This document shows, in pieces, positions 48,190 to 61,276 of a DNA stretch of 64,000 nt. How positions within the stretch are numbered: position 1 is the first letter of the stretch; every line of letters begins with the position of its first letter. The notes beneath the pieces were generated by a model. It had not been told where the DNA came from. It saw only the letters and a list, made by a program, of their open reading frames with translations, and made no database searches. Both the position numbers and the translations under genes were made by a program. The DNA comes from Fimbriosthenelais zetlandica (taxonomy: Eukaryota), in NCBI GenBank assembly GCA_977030845.1, contig OZ365110.1, positions 17,732,001 through 17,796,000 on the forward strand, read 5' to 3'.

Positions 48190-51100
48190 ATGAAATTTAA
48201 GACAATTTTGGAAGGACGACAGGCTGTAATTTTCAATCACCTCGGTGAAGGAAGATTAGTTGAAGGACCAGCTAGGGTAGGAAAATAGTTTTCGTTGCAT
48301 ACCTATATTATGTAATTTCCCGTAATCAACTCTATAACAGGGCCCAGGGCATGTGATTACTATTGACCATTGTTTCCAATATATTGCCTGCAGGTTTTTC
48401 TCTTTCGGGAAAGATTACAGGAATTACAACACTACACTGCCACAGCTCATCAGTACCTGCGAATTAAAGATACCCAGGGATATGTCACTCACAGACAAGG
48501 GTAAATATATCAGTCAGTCCCAATCTATTTTGTGATTAAAATGAACTTAAACCCAGTAACTCATTAACCTCATCCAATGCCAATTCTATCTTTCATGAAT
48601 TTGTATTTTTCAGGCCGTGTGAAATGTTTTTCAACCCATTGGAGCATTGGAGTGTCGCTGTCTTGGCAGCCAATGTTATAGATGCCAACCATGTAATAGT
48701 GGTGTACAAAAAGTTGAAGGATAATAGTGTTCAGAGGAGGATAGTTTCAGGGCCAACAATATTCATGCCTCAGGCAGAGGAATGGTATAAGATAGTTTTC
48801 TGTAGTATTACAAAAAAAAATATATCCTACAAAGTATGCCAAGTATAACATTCTCCACGATAATTTCTATTTTTCCTACAGGTTACATGAATTTAAGTGG
48901 CATGGACAAGATCCAAACGAAATTGGACGCATGATTCCAAACAAGGACCAATTTACCAAAATGCTAATAATTCCCAGTCGTTTTTACTATAACGTAGGTA
49001 TACTTTTTAGGCACATAATATTATGATTTAGCTGTCAATAATTTTGAGTTGATTTTCTATAATTTCCCATAATTATCCACTTACACATAACGTGTATTCA
49101 TTTCATGAAATCTTTGTTTTATTTTTTTACAGGTGAGAGATGTGAGGACCACAGATGATACAATGCTGTCTGTGAAGCTCTTGATATTTCATGAATTTGT
49201 GGACGTCTTGAAAATGGTTAATATGGTTAACTTGAAATAATTATTTACCATGTCTTCGAATGCCGTTGTATTTACCAATTATCATGTACATGTACCGCAT
49301 TGAACTGTTCTCTAATATGTCTCTTGTTCCTGTTACAGTTAGAAAATACCCATGACCCCATCGCAGACATGATTAAGTAAGTAATGAAATGAGTAATGAA
49401 CATGAATTTTAATTATTTTAACCCTTAAGTAGCACTTACGATTGGCAAGAGAAAGGCCTGAATACATTAGATAGATACATTATTATGATCGGTATGTTTC
49501 GCTTCCCGATTTCCAGTGCCCTATGTGCAGACGTGATTGCTTTTGCTGGTAAACAAAAGTAAGTGTCCCTTTTGCCTTATTAGTAAATATTCCCAGCGGT
49601 CAAATGTCATTAGTTATAGTGCCGATTCTCACAATTTGCATTTGTAGGCTGAGTGAGTTTCTACAGAACACACCAACACTGAACAACTTAAAGATGTACA
49701 CTCACCTCGTACAACGAGCAGAAAATGTTGGTATTCACATCTCTAAAGTGGTCTATCGAGGTTACCATGCAGATGAAAAGCTACAGGTAAAGCATACTTC
49801 GGTTTCTTTATCGTAAAGCAGGCCTGTAAGGCTTGTAAGCCATGCCTGTAAAGCAGGCCTGTAAGGCTTGTAAGCCATGCCTGTAAAGCAGGCCTGTAAG
49901 CCATGCCTGTAAAGCAGGCCTGTAAGCCATGCCTCTAAAGCAGGCCTGACAGCCATGCCTCTAAAGCAGGCCTGACAGCCATGCCTCTAAAGCAGGCCTG
50001 ACAGCCATGCCTCTAAAGCAGGCCTGTCAGCCATACTTGCCTGTCATAATGTCTGCCTGTCAGCCATGCCTGTAAAGCAGGCCTGTAAGCCATGCCTGTA
50101 AAGCAGGCCTGTAAGCCATGCCTCTAAAGCAGGCCTGTCAGCCATGCCTCTAAAGCAGGCCTGTCAGCCATGCTTGCCTGTCATAATGTCTGCCTGTCAG
50201 CCATGCCTGTAAAGCAGGCCTGTAAGCCATAATGACTGATATATTTACCCTTGTTTGTGAGTGACATATGCCTGGGTGTCTTTAATTACTATGGTACTGA
50301 TGAGCTATGGCAGTGTAGTATTATCAGCCTTGCCTATACGCCAGTCCTTTATCATAGCATGTGCTCATTTTCCCTTTTTTGTTCTGTATCAAATTGCTTG
50401 TAACAGTCATCATGTGAAGTAAAACATGTTATTGCAGAAAATGCAGGACCATACTATTGAATCTCGTACACGCATGCGCCTAGAAGGCGAACTTCAAGAA
50501 CAGGAGCAAAGGCTGAAGGACTTTAAGCTCAAAATGGAACAAGACCGACTCAAGCTTGGTATATATATAGCCTATATCCGATATACACATATCAGAACTG
50601 AAGATCTATTTTCCCACAAAGTTTTGCAAATTAATTGATCAACGTCCATATGATTATGACTCAGCTGGGGCCTGTTTCCCGAAGAGAATGTGCGAATCAA
50701 TCATTGACCCAAATTGTCATATTTACCGTTAAAGTTAAGAAATATATCGGATTGTTGTAAATATAAATTTACAGAACAAGAGATGGAACAGTGTAAGTTG
50801 GAGCATTTGCAAAAAACGGAAGCAATGAACAAGGCTCACGATTTGCAGACAAAGCGTCTCCTTCATGAAGCCAATGTTGAGCAAACAAGTATGGAAGGGA
50901 AGCTTAACCTGGGTAAGCTTTGAGTTCATAATAGTTTTGGGATAATATTATACGCCTATATCTATAATAATCCTGACATAATAGTGTACCCCAGTGTACA
51001 GTAAAACATACAATGTTGCTTTTGCAAACTTTTTTAATATTATTTTCAGACATGGATAGGTTGTCTAAAGAAGAGAAGCTAAAACACTACAACGACCTCA

Positions 51101-51201
51101 AAGACCTGAACGTCAATTTGACACAACACTTGATTCAGGAGCAAAATCCTCCCGTTCACCAAGAATTCAGGGTTGTTCAAGGCAGCGACACTTACTATTG
51201 A
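48190..51201 (+). CDS. Major-vault-protein-related short protein (3 MVP-type repeats + SPFH/shoulder domain + coiled coil), 396 aa
   Basis: 11 phase-consistent GT-AG exons: 48190-48276, 48394-48500, 48614-48784, 48882-48993, 49133-49216, 49339-49376, 49517-49558, 49648-49786, 50438-50558, 50775-50912, 51050-51201 (TGA); AATAAA at 51261. Repeats RLVEGPARVFL / THRQGPCEMFF / RRIVSGPTIFMPQAEE. Shoulder-like VRDVRTTDDTMLSVKLLIFHEF...DPIADMINALCADVIAFAG...GIHISKVVYRG. E/Q/K-rich helix. The gene model is solid; the family call is by recalled alignment. Confidence 0.85.
49813..50230. repeat. ~26-bp minisatellite (AAAGCAGGCCTGTMAGCCATGCCTST) with a duplicated higher-order block, in intron 8 of the MVP-like gene
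   Basis: About 14-15 copies. The interruption gcctgtcataatgtctgcctgtcagccatg occurs twice (~50039 and ~50175). Confidence 0.92.
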
Positions 51202-51677
51202 TATGTAAAAAATGTCTCATTTGTGGCTCTTATTATATTATGAATGTGACACTTATTTTTAATAAAGACACTCACCTACACCATATAAGATATCCTGTTT
51301 ATTTTTAGTTCAAGTGCCAATTTCAAAAGATATGAATCCTGGGGACAACACCTGGTGACCCTTTACTTTAATACATTTTTTTTCTTCGGAAAAATAATGC
51401 ATGGATGCATGAACAAATGTTGAATATTTTTCTGTAAAATTATTCCAATTAATCTATCTGCTTACAATTAAATGCCTTTTTGTAAGTTGTTTTAGACTAA
51501 GTAAATTAGACCAGGATTGAAAATATCCATCGAAGCGAAGGAAATTATACCCTAACTGGATTGTGAATTCATTTATACCTGTAAGATAATGTTAAGTAGG
51601 GACACGATACACTTGACCCTCCCTGAACACATGTGATGTAATCTGAAAATACTCATGTGGGTGTTGTCCCAGCTTAG

Positions 51678-51802
51678 CCAATCACAGCGTAATACCATTT
51701 CTATCTAAAAAATCTATCTGATCCTGAACTGCACCGTACTAATGCTTTAGCGTATCTCCTATATAAATGCGCATTTCTTTGTGAAAGTATGTGCAGGTAT
51801 GT
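51678..51802 (+). promoter_or_regulatory. Probable OAT core promoter and non-coding first exon
   Basis: CCAAT at 51678-51682 (agccaatcac), TATATAAA at 51760-51767, splice donor cag|gtatgt at 51797, acceptor just upstream of ATG 52222. Confidence 0.45.
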
Positions 51803-52221
51803 ATGTATACATAGTGTTTCACAAAACGCATACATCAGTGAGAATCAATCTGCTGATAATTTCTAATAAATCGAAAGCCTAACTTAGGCTTATAATTTAC
51901 ATTAGGGTAGGAAATGTTAATTAATCAGAAATTGGTACAAGAAATATTGCTGCCAAGGATTGTGGGCGTCATTAAAATATCACACCATGCCATGGTGTTC
52001 AGGGATTGGTCCGTTTACTTGTAACTGATAAAAGGTGTCTGCATTACTATTATTACCACACTATACATTTGACCCCTGTTAGATGAGATAACAATTCTGT
52101 AAGGAGCTACAGACCCTATCATTGGTGAGTATCATTTTCATGGAAGTTGCATGCATGCTTTGAATTGCAAATTACCTAAAGAAGCCAACTTTGAATTTGA
52201 ATTGATTGTAGATCATCCAGG

Positions 52222-55200
52222 ATGTTGTCACGCAGCTTAAGCTTATCCCGGATTGCATCCCATCGTGGGGCAATGCAGGCATTCAGCACAAAAGCAGCCA
52301 AAGCCTTGATTGGTAACGACTCTGAGAAAATATTTCAAAGGGAAAGCAAATATGGCGCGCATAACTACCACCCTCTACCTGTGGCACTCTGCAGAGGAAA
52401 AGGTTAACACATTTCCTATATACCGTCTTCCAATAAATATTATGGTAAATTTGGTATGACAATTAAGTCTTTGATGTGGTTAATTAGTCAATCATTATGG
52501 TGAATCTATAATGGGCAGTGCATGGTTGTGGAAGTATTTTGGTGTACATGTCCTGAAATTGGGCGAGATTCATATGATGCGGCAATGGAAATAAAATGAT
52601 GATAAATATGGATTAATGTCACTTAATATCATTTCAGGTGTCTTTGTGTGGGATGTGGAAGGAAACAAGTACTTTGATTTCCTCAGTGCCTATTCAGCTG
52701 TGAACCAGGGTCATTGTCATCCCCGCATCGTGCAGGCATTGCAAGAACAGGCAGAAACCATTACCTTAACCTCCCGGGCCTTCTACAACACAGTACTTGG
52801 AGAGTTCGAGGAATACATCACAGAGCTTTTTGGATATGATAAAATTCTCCCCATGAACACAGGTACTACCTTGCCTTAATATCATTGGAAGGGCATGAAG
52901 GTTATAAATCTTCACGTTTTTTTTAAGAAAAAATGAAATATGTAAGGTATTCTGAAGGGTCCTGGATTATCTTATCAGTCTTTAATCATTGTGCGATACT
53001 CTCGCACAAAGATATTTCAGAGTGAGATAAGAATACTTCCGTGAATAGACCCGGATATTAAATGATATTATATATATCATGTAGGACTTCATCGGGGGCC
53101 TGACTCATAAAAAACACATACTTTTATATTACAAAGGCTCCTGATCATTCATTCGATATTATGGATAACCACATCGATACAAAAATACAATACAACATTT
53201 ACTTGGTTTCTGTGCATGATGGTCATGACCAAATCATCACTGTTACTGATGACTGACCATCCTTACAGGTCCATTGATTTGAAAGTCATGAGAACTTAAC
53301 TGCCCTCTTCTAACTGCCCTCATCATATGACTTTGAAACAAAATGCATTGAGCTTGAATAAGCATGTGCTAACAGAATATGATTTCATACGTTTTTTAGG
53401 TGTTGAGGGTGGCGAGACAGCTACAAAAATGGCTAGAAAATGGGGATACAATGTGAAGAACATCCCTGAAAATCAGGCTCGGCATGTCTTTGCTTCTGGA
53501 AACTTCTGGGGAAGAACAATCGCAGCCATTTCAAGTTCGTCAGATCCAGACACCTACTCTGGATTTGGACCCTTCATGCCTGGCTACATATCCGTACCTT
53601 ATAATGATCTGGAGGCATTAGATGTAAGTGGTCTTAATGGATCTTTTTAATGAATTCCCAACCAAAGAATTAGCGGTATATGGTAGTTCCGATGGGGTGT
53701 ATAGCTAGCTATATGTTGTCTGTTTCTTTTAGGAAGTTACCAAAGATCCCCGCGTGTGTTCCTTCATGGTGGAGCCCATACAAGGCGAGGCTGGTGTAGT
53801 TGTACCTCATGATGGTTATCTGAGGGGTGTCCGTGAAATATGTACAAAAAATAATGTCCTCTTCATCGCTGATGAGGTACAGACAGGACTAGCAAGGACT
53901 GGCAGGTGAGACATCCTCTTCTACAGCCATTAACATTTTTATCCCCATGAAACTCATTTCAGGAAAGTTAAGTTTAGTTATTATGGAGATTTCTCGTATA
54001 TTTGTTTTGAGACTGTCTTTAGAAGATCAACCTCTCTCGTCTTTTGGTTCCAGTCTCTCTAGGTCTTTTAGCCAGTACTTTTCCATTATATTTTCCATTG
54101 CATTTTGTCAGTAATTCTTATCATGATTTATGCTATCTAAAAGGTATTGAGGTCAAGAATGCATGAGCATAGGTATTTGTAGGAACCTTATCGAAAATGA
54201 TTTTTCGAGATACATGTAATATATAATTAAATAACCCTCCGTGGTTTACTTTGTTTATTACTTACTTTCAAAATATCATTTAATAGGAGGCTGTGCGTGG
54301 ATCATGAAGAAGTTAGGCCCGATATTGTTATACTAGGGAAAGCTTTGTCTGGAGGGGTCTATCCGGTAAGGAAATTTGACCAACTATACTTAATCAAAGA
54401 TATAATGATGGAATATGATATTAATGTGATTTATAAACATCAAATTAAGACAATAATAAGCCAGGTTTTCTACCACTGGAGTAACTGCAGTGTATTGGAA
54501 ATCCCATGGATTGCCCATGCAGTCATATCAATAATCTATATATTTAATATCTATATAATAATTTAATATAACATTAAATTGTCCAGTAGAGATTTATATA
54601 ATATTATATACATCTAACAATGATGATTTTGAGGTGGGAAGAAGTAATGCAAACCAACATTTATATATTGTTCAACTAGGTGAGTGGGGTACTGTGTAAT
54701 GATGACATTATGCTGCTGATAAGACCAGGTGAACATGGTTCTACTTATGGTGGCAACCCACTGGGAGCTAGAGTAGCAATAGAAGCGCTTAAGGTAGGTT
54801 CTCAAATATTCATATATTTTTTAGAATTCAATGATTGAATGGTACAATATTGCCTGCAGCTATCTGAAAAGACATCGTCCATGCCTTAAAGTACTCATTT
54901 TCAAGGAGCTTGAGGGCTACAGACACATTTACACGTTTCTCATTTCTTATTTAAACAGGTCATAGAAGAGGAGAATTTGGCACAAAATGCCGAGAGACTA
55001 GGTCATCTGCTACGTTCAGAACTTGGTCAGCTGCCAAAGGAAGTGGTCTCAGTCGTAAGAGGAAAAGGATTATTGAACGCTATTGTTATCAGTCCTGGTA
55101 AGATATTATATATTGACTGAAACCACTTGTCTTTATCACATCAATGTATAATAATGGTGAAACTCATGCTGATAACCCTTTCAACTTGCAGAGTTTGATG

Positions 55201-55355
55201 CATGGGAGGTCTGCCTTCGTTTGCGCGATAATGGATTGCTTGCAAAACCCACCCATGAGGACAAGATACGATTTGCTCCACCACTCGTCATTACTGAGGA
55301 GCAGATCGAAGAGTGTTGCCATATAATAAAAAGTACAGTCATGTCCTTTGCCTAA
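52222..55355 (+). CDS. OAT: Ornithine aminotransferase, mitochondrial precursor (432 aa)
   Basis: 8 exons: 52222-52402, 52638-52862, 53400-53623, 53733-53905, 54287-54365, 54680-54793, 54959-55097, 55192-55355 (TAA). Arg/Ser-rich presequence. Motifs [77 protein letters not shown] (PLP lysine), [16 protein letters not shown]. Confidence 0.98.
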
Positions 55356-55571
55356 AATATCATTTTATAGTATTATAATCTCCCTTTCGAATATTACTAT
55401 ATATATGAACAACAGAATGATATTTGGTTTTGTGAAGTAATTACCATTTCAAAGCAAAAGATGTATTCATGTACAATGTATTTGGCAATAGAATCTCGTA
55501 GATTGATTATCTCTCAGTTTTAACATAGGAAATCGCGTTGATATATTTGAAAAGTTCGATATTCATTTAGT

Positions 55572-58500
55572 TTACAATTTTGTAATAATTATGCCATCGT
55601 CTGGAGGATTCTTTTCATACTGCGCTTTTATTACTTCTGCTTTCTCCTCTTCCTGCAATACAGAAAGTCCGAATAATTTATTTTAATGATAATCTCTGAA
55701 GTCATCATTCCTTTATTATGTATTATAATATTATATTTGCTTGAAGAATTGTGCTCACCTTTTTCGGTTCTTCAACGAATCTCCGGATTAATGGATGATA
55801 GAGATTGCCCGCTGCTTTGAATTGCTGTTTACGACATAAACCTATAAACCAAACCAATATGAATTCATCGTTATTTCATTCATTCTGTTGTATAAATGTT
55901 GCACTGCATGGAATTAACCATGTTATTAACTCAATAAGAAGGAAGTATTTTATTGGTAGTACTCACAGCTCGCAAGACCCGCTATGATTCCAATGGCGAG
56001 GGCAACAAGCAGGCTGAACATGGACAGCCAAAGATATGAGATCGAATACAAATCATAAAGTGGTGAGGACGTGCTGAAATTAAACCAAATGAAACGGAGC
56101 TTACCCAGACATTAGTATGTAAAATGTAATAAATTCACATAAAATGTTATAAATTCGCATGAATCGTCATGAAACATGAGATGAATGAATAATCCACATG
56201 TCCAGATTTGACTATTTCAGAAGATTACTATACGTGTAGGTGATAGAAATTCACGTGCCTCCTTTTGACCTGGGCAATTACTACCAAGTCGATCAGTAAA
56301 TATTAATTAATCTATTCACAATATTGCTATAATGAAAAAGACCACTGCTTATGACAGCTGCAATCACTTACTCAACGGTTCCGGGAGGAGCTACAGTTGT
56401 GTTTACCGGACAGGAAGCAATAGTTGAACTCAAGATATCTGACTGCTTTTCAATTGTGTATGCTCCAAAACCAACCCACATCCCAAACATCGTTCCCCCA
56501 ATTGCACCAAGACATGCTCCCTAAAATAAAAATAAATTGATGTGGAGTTGAGTAAACTAAGAGAGGGTTTTGCGTCTAATTTTTATAGTGAAGCTGCATG
56601 ACTTACGATCCAGTCGATGAAGGGAAAGAACAGTCCCATGATAAACATGGCAGTTGACGGTCCTCCTGTTGCTGAGACAAATGTGATGATGAACTGCACA
56701 ATTGTGCCACCAGCCTTATTGACTCCAAAGGAGACGGCCATTGTCAGCAGTCCATAAAAGCAAACTGAAATAGTAAAAAACTATTCATAGGTTGAATTGA
56801 GGACAAAAGAGACTAATGCCAATATTTCATAATGCCAAAAATTACACATGTATATGCTTCATGACTACATAAAATGAGTTCATCACAAAAGCTCTATAAA
56901 CCCACCTAGAAGTCTATTTATATTAATGCTCCGGGATTCTCTGATATTTGGCCATATAGGGGATATAATATCGTCCCATGTATTAGCTGCAGCAGAATTT
57001 ATGAAGGAAGATGCTGTGCTAAAATAGTATACATGAAGAAGTGGTAAGTATGAAAAAAAAAGCAGAATTTTACATCAACTAATTCAGTAAAGTGTTCCAT
57101 CAAGTACTTCAAGTGACACTCATCCATGTATTTGCACATTGTATTTGAGATCATAATATTATTTTTCATGGCAATAAAGGATAGTTTATGATTACCTGAG
57201 TGATGCGGCAGTGAGACCAGCCAGGAACAGACCAGGAAAACCAGGATAATTTAATTGATCCACCACAAAAAATGGAATCAGCTAGAAAGAAAATATATGA
57301 CGAAGAAAGAACTGAGAGGATATGTCATATATGATTATATATTAGCAATATATAAAAGTATATTTTAGCCCCGGGCAAGTCTACTGTGCACTGGACCGTG
57401 GTCCCTGGTTACGTGTTGACCAGGTGACCACGGGGCACACAACAAACATTGACATTACTACTTACATGTTTTTCCAAGCTGGTCAACCCAGTCGGCATAC
57501 CATTTCACTAGCCATTACTGAGCAAAAAGGGATATTATACTGAATTTTTGACTTTTTGTTTATCTGAAATAAAGATGTCATTTCAGCTCAGTTTCTACCG
57601 AGCCAAAAACAACCTGACTTTGTTTTTACTAGTCTCGATGATCGCAGCCACTCCGGTAATATACATGTAGATCTATTTCCATTTACTTAAATGTATATCT
57701 TATGGCTATGAATTGAGACTTTCATTCGCTAATGTGTAGGCCTACAGCGCATCGTTTTCATTTTATATCAGCTGTTATGAGCCCTATACATATTAAATGC
57801 AATCCTTGATATTATTTGTCCATAAGATTTACAATGGGTCTTGATATCAGGAATGCGGGTATTCATCTTCTGAACTGTATCACCCGTATATGGGTGGTAC
57901 AACCTTTCGACATACTTTCATACACTGATAATGACAGCATCAAGCATATGGGCTGCGCAAAGTTTTTATATTTATTCTTTGGTTATAAATGATTAAAACA
58001 ATTATTTTCCCATAAATCTTTTGATATTTTTCAAGGGATAGCATAAATATAGACATAACCTCAAAGTCGTACTGGTGTTTGTCTACCCGAGAATGAGTTG
58101 GGGAGGGGGGGGGGGGGGGGGGGGTAACGCTCGGGCTAAAGCCCTCGGGTCTCCGTTCCATTCACTCTCATGCAGGGCCAATACGACATTTCGGTCATTT
58201 GTATCTAAGTACCATTGCATGCATATAATTATATGCATTTGCCTAGATAAAGAGTACATGGTCAGAATATAATATAAGCACACCTGATTCACATTTCGAA
58301 TCTTGCCTGATTTGAGTGGGTCGCATTCTTGAGACGCATAAAATGCAAAAACTGCTAAACCAGAAAGGCTAGCAATTGATAAGAGTAGGACAATGAGGGG
58401 TATCAACCCAGCCATAGATCTGAAGCAAGGAAAGATACATATATGTATTATTGTAAATAGTGGCAACAAACGCAACAAGGCGAGAGAATATATGCACAAA

Positions 58501-61074
58501 TGAAATAAGGAAAAAATGCAATTTCATACAGTCTCAAGTTTGAAGAAATCTAGTTCATTTCTCATGATGTATCTTACAGGAGTGCTTGAGTGAGTGTAGG
58601 CAGTGCACAAAACCTTTGCACAGTCACTTGTGAAGCTCCATAACGATTCATATTATGAAACCCAACGCCTATAGTCAGTGCCCAGAAGGTGTACCGAATT
58701 TTTGGATCGGAATCAAAACTGAAAAAATAAGTATGCATGATTTCACTATAATTATTTTATTTGTATGGCTGGTTCATAATTAAATTTGAAGAGAAAATGT
58801 TCTTGCCAATATTTTTAAATCATTACGAATACTTATTTAGTAGAAACTTACTCGAAGAAATCTAGTCTATTCCACTTGCCACAGATCTCCCATACCTCAT
58901 CAATGCCATGAACTAGTTCAATAGACTGTAGAAGAATTATGAATAGTTCTTATGAGAATATAATTTCATATATATGTAATATGTTCACATCATTCTTTGT
59001 GTGACACGATATTTATCATTTATTCCATTTTTAATAATTACAAATAATTTATGTTTTATTAGATATAATTATATTTACCTTTAGTTAATCTTACTGCACT
59101 TACTTTTATGCATATTGCCAAGAGCGAAGCCAACATAATAAGAGCCTGTAAAACATCAGTCCATACGACCCCTCTGATTCCTCCCTATTGAGAAATTTAT
59201 TGCAAAAATGAATTGCAAATTATTATTCATATATATTATGTGGTTTACACTGTGGTTTCCATTGCAAATATTAAAATATTCTGTAGTGAAAAAAACAAAT
59301 AAAAATATAGCAATGTAAAAGTATACTCCACAGTGTTGTGAATGCATAACCCTAATTATTACGTCTTCTATATAATTATAGGCGAGAACCAGGGCAGAAC
59401 TTACAGTTATAGACATCATTTGTTACCCAACTGGTTAAGTTTGGGAAATCGCTCTAGTAGATTGTGACATTTGACTAACATATCTCTCAAGCAGTTTTAT
59501 GAGTTAAAACAATAACCTAATCTAACTTTATAGATAGGGCCTACAGTTAAGTGACAAATTGAGAAATGTCAGTTTAATTTACCTGGTAGGCCTAAGCCGA
59601 GTGACATGTATTTACCATGATAATATACATGTACTAAGACGATTTGTCTGTCAAAGATTAAATCTTCAACTAAATCATTTAAAATTACTTGCCTGCCTTA
59701 AATTATATTATAAGAAATTTACTTACAATGGATGTGTAAACAATGGTTATCAAAGTACCCACGACGATGGATACCGGTAGTGGGATGGGTGTTACTATAA
59801 TAGGGTACGAAAAAAAGACAATTAGAAGAATATAAATTGTGAAGAAACAATTAAACATCTTATATTTCAATTTATCTAATGAATGAGTTATTTTTTCAGT
59901 TAATTATATATATTCTAAAAGGAATTATCCTGTGTCTCGGAGTAATTAGATAATTTGATTAACAAATACAATTTCATTATTATACATACATGCAGCAAGC
60001 GTAATAGACATTCCAAAGAAGGAAATCGCTGCTTGTAGAATCTAATAAATATTTAAAAAAACGCATAATGACATTTGAATTGTAACACAATGTATGCTTT
60101 ATATTTGAAGATTTCTATGAGGAAGTTGGGGATATTTAATGGGGGAGATATATAATGTTGTAAGGGGCCCTGTACACTGACCCATAGTTCAGCAAGAGAA
60201 ACAAATCCTTGGGCACAAAATCGGATAAATTTAACTACTTAAATAAAGCATCAGATTCAGAACAGTGTTTTCCATACAGTGTATATTACAGTCTTCACCT
60301 AATTGGGGTGGTTATATAGGTCTTCCTCGGTTTAGACCATACTTATCCATGCATTTTTTTTAAAAAAGATATTAGTTTATAAAATAGTCTGTAATAATTC
60401 AAATGTTATACTTACTGCCACACTGACTTGAAGAAGTGTCCCAATGGCAACGACTAATCTCGAGTTAAATCTGTCCCATAGGTACTATAATATTAAATAT
60501 CATATGGATGGGTTGATTTACCTTAAGATCAGTGCATACATATAACAGTGGTAACATATAATTCACATTTTTTCAAGTTTTGAAAAGAGTCCAATGAATG
60601 TTTCCATTATCCTTGCCCCGCATATCTTCCTGGGTGTGGGGATATACATGTGGACTTTTATTTGCAGGAAGGGGTGACATTGAAATTATAGGCTACCTCC
60701 AACCAGGACTTAAATTTTATACCGTTGATACTCACATGGTTGAGGCTTGTAAGCTTGAGAGGGTAGAAGACTGGTATAAATATGATGGCTGCTAAAATGC
60801 CTCCTAAAACCACCCCAATGGTATAGAGCCAATAGGCTCCACCCCTCGTATAAACCTCAGCTGGGAAGCCCACGATGATGACCGAGGAATAGAGAGAGGC
60901 TGCCATGGAGAGCATGACAGGAAGAACGTGCAGCTTCCTGCTACCAACAAAGTATTCCTCCAGTGTCTCCCGTTTTCGACTAAAATAACCACCGAGCACA
61001 CCGAGGACAAATGTAATTCCAATTGTCAGGGCGAGGATGAGATAATCCGCCCAGTGTATTGTTGATGAAGCCAT
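55572..61074 (-). CDS. Sodium:solute symporter, SLC5A6/SLC5A8/SLC5A12/NIS subfamily-like (578 aa)
   Basis: 15 phase-consistent exons (minus strand): 61074-60736, 60484-60416, 60041-59990, 59794-59727, 59184-59104, 58925-58852, 58718-58578, 58419-58284, 57281-57196, 57018-56906, 56764-56607, 56520-56372, 56073-55967, 55841-55759, 55652-55572 (TAA). Motifs EEYFVGSRKL, GFPAEVYTRG, YLWDRF, GGIRGVVWTDVLQ, RYTFW, QVTVQRF, CDPLKSG, PGFPGLFLAG, STASSFINS, LYSISYLW. Confidence 0.95.
58105..58124. repeat. G20 homopolymer (intronic)
   Basis: Read directly; G-quadruplex-capable. Confidence 0.9.
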
Positions 61075-61276
61075 ATTGTGTTCCTAAAGGATGTAAGGAC
61101 AAAAGCAATCAGATCAGGACTGCAATAACAGGGTTTTCTTAGGTGCTACTTTATAAACTTAACCCATAACCCGTTTAAGATTGCCCCATTGGGACTTGTA
61201 AAAATCAGCATCTCATCCATGACAGAAACACAACTTAAGGTCGGGAAGGGGTATACTCGCAATTAAAGTGGGTATA

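Noticed and set aside
49762-49956. Repetitive ORF (MAVRPALEAWL...)
   Set aside because: Translation of the intronic minisatellite.
52403-52407. Apparent premature stop after LCRGKG in OAT, suggesting a pseudogene
   Set aside because: The TAA lies inside intron 1 (AAG|GTTAAC); the spliced frame continues intact with all catalytic motifs.
58500-60650. Apparent missing TM4-TM7 region of the SLC5 gene in the ORF track
   Set aside because: Six small exons (52-141 bp) were found by hand and restore a complete in-frame transporter.
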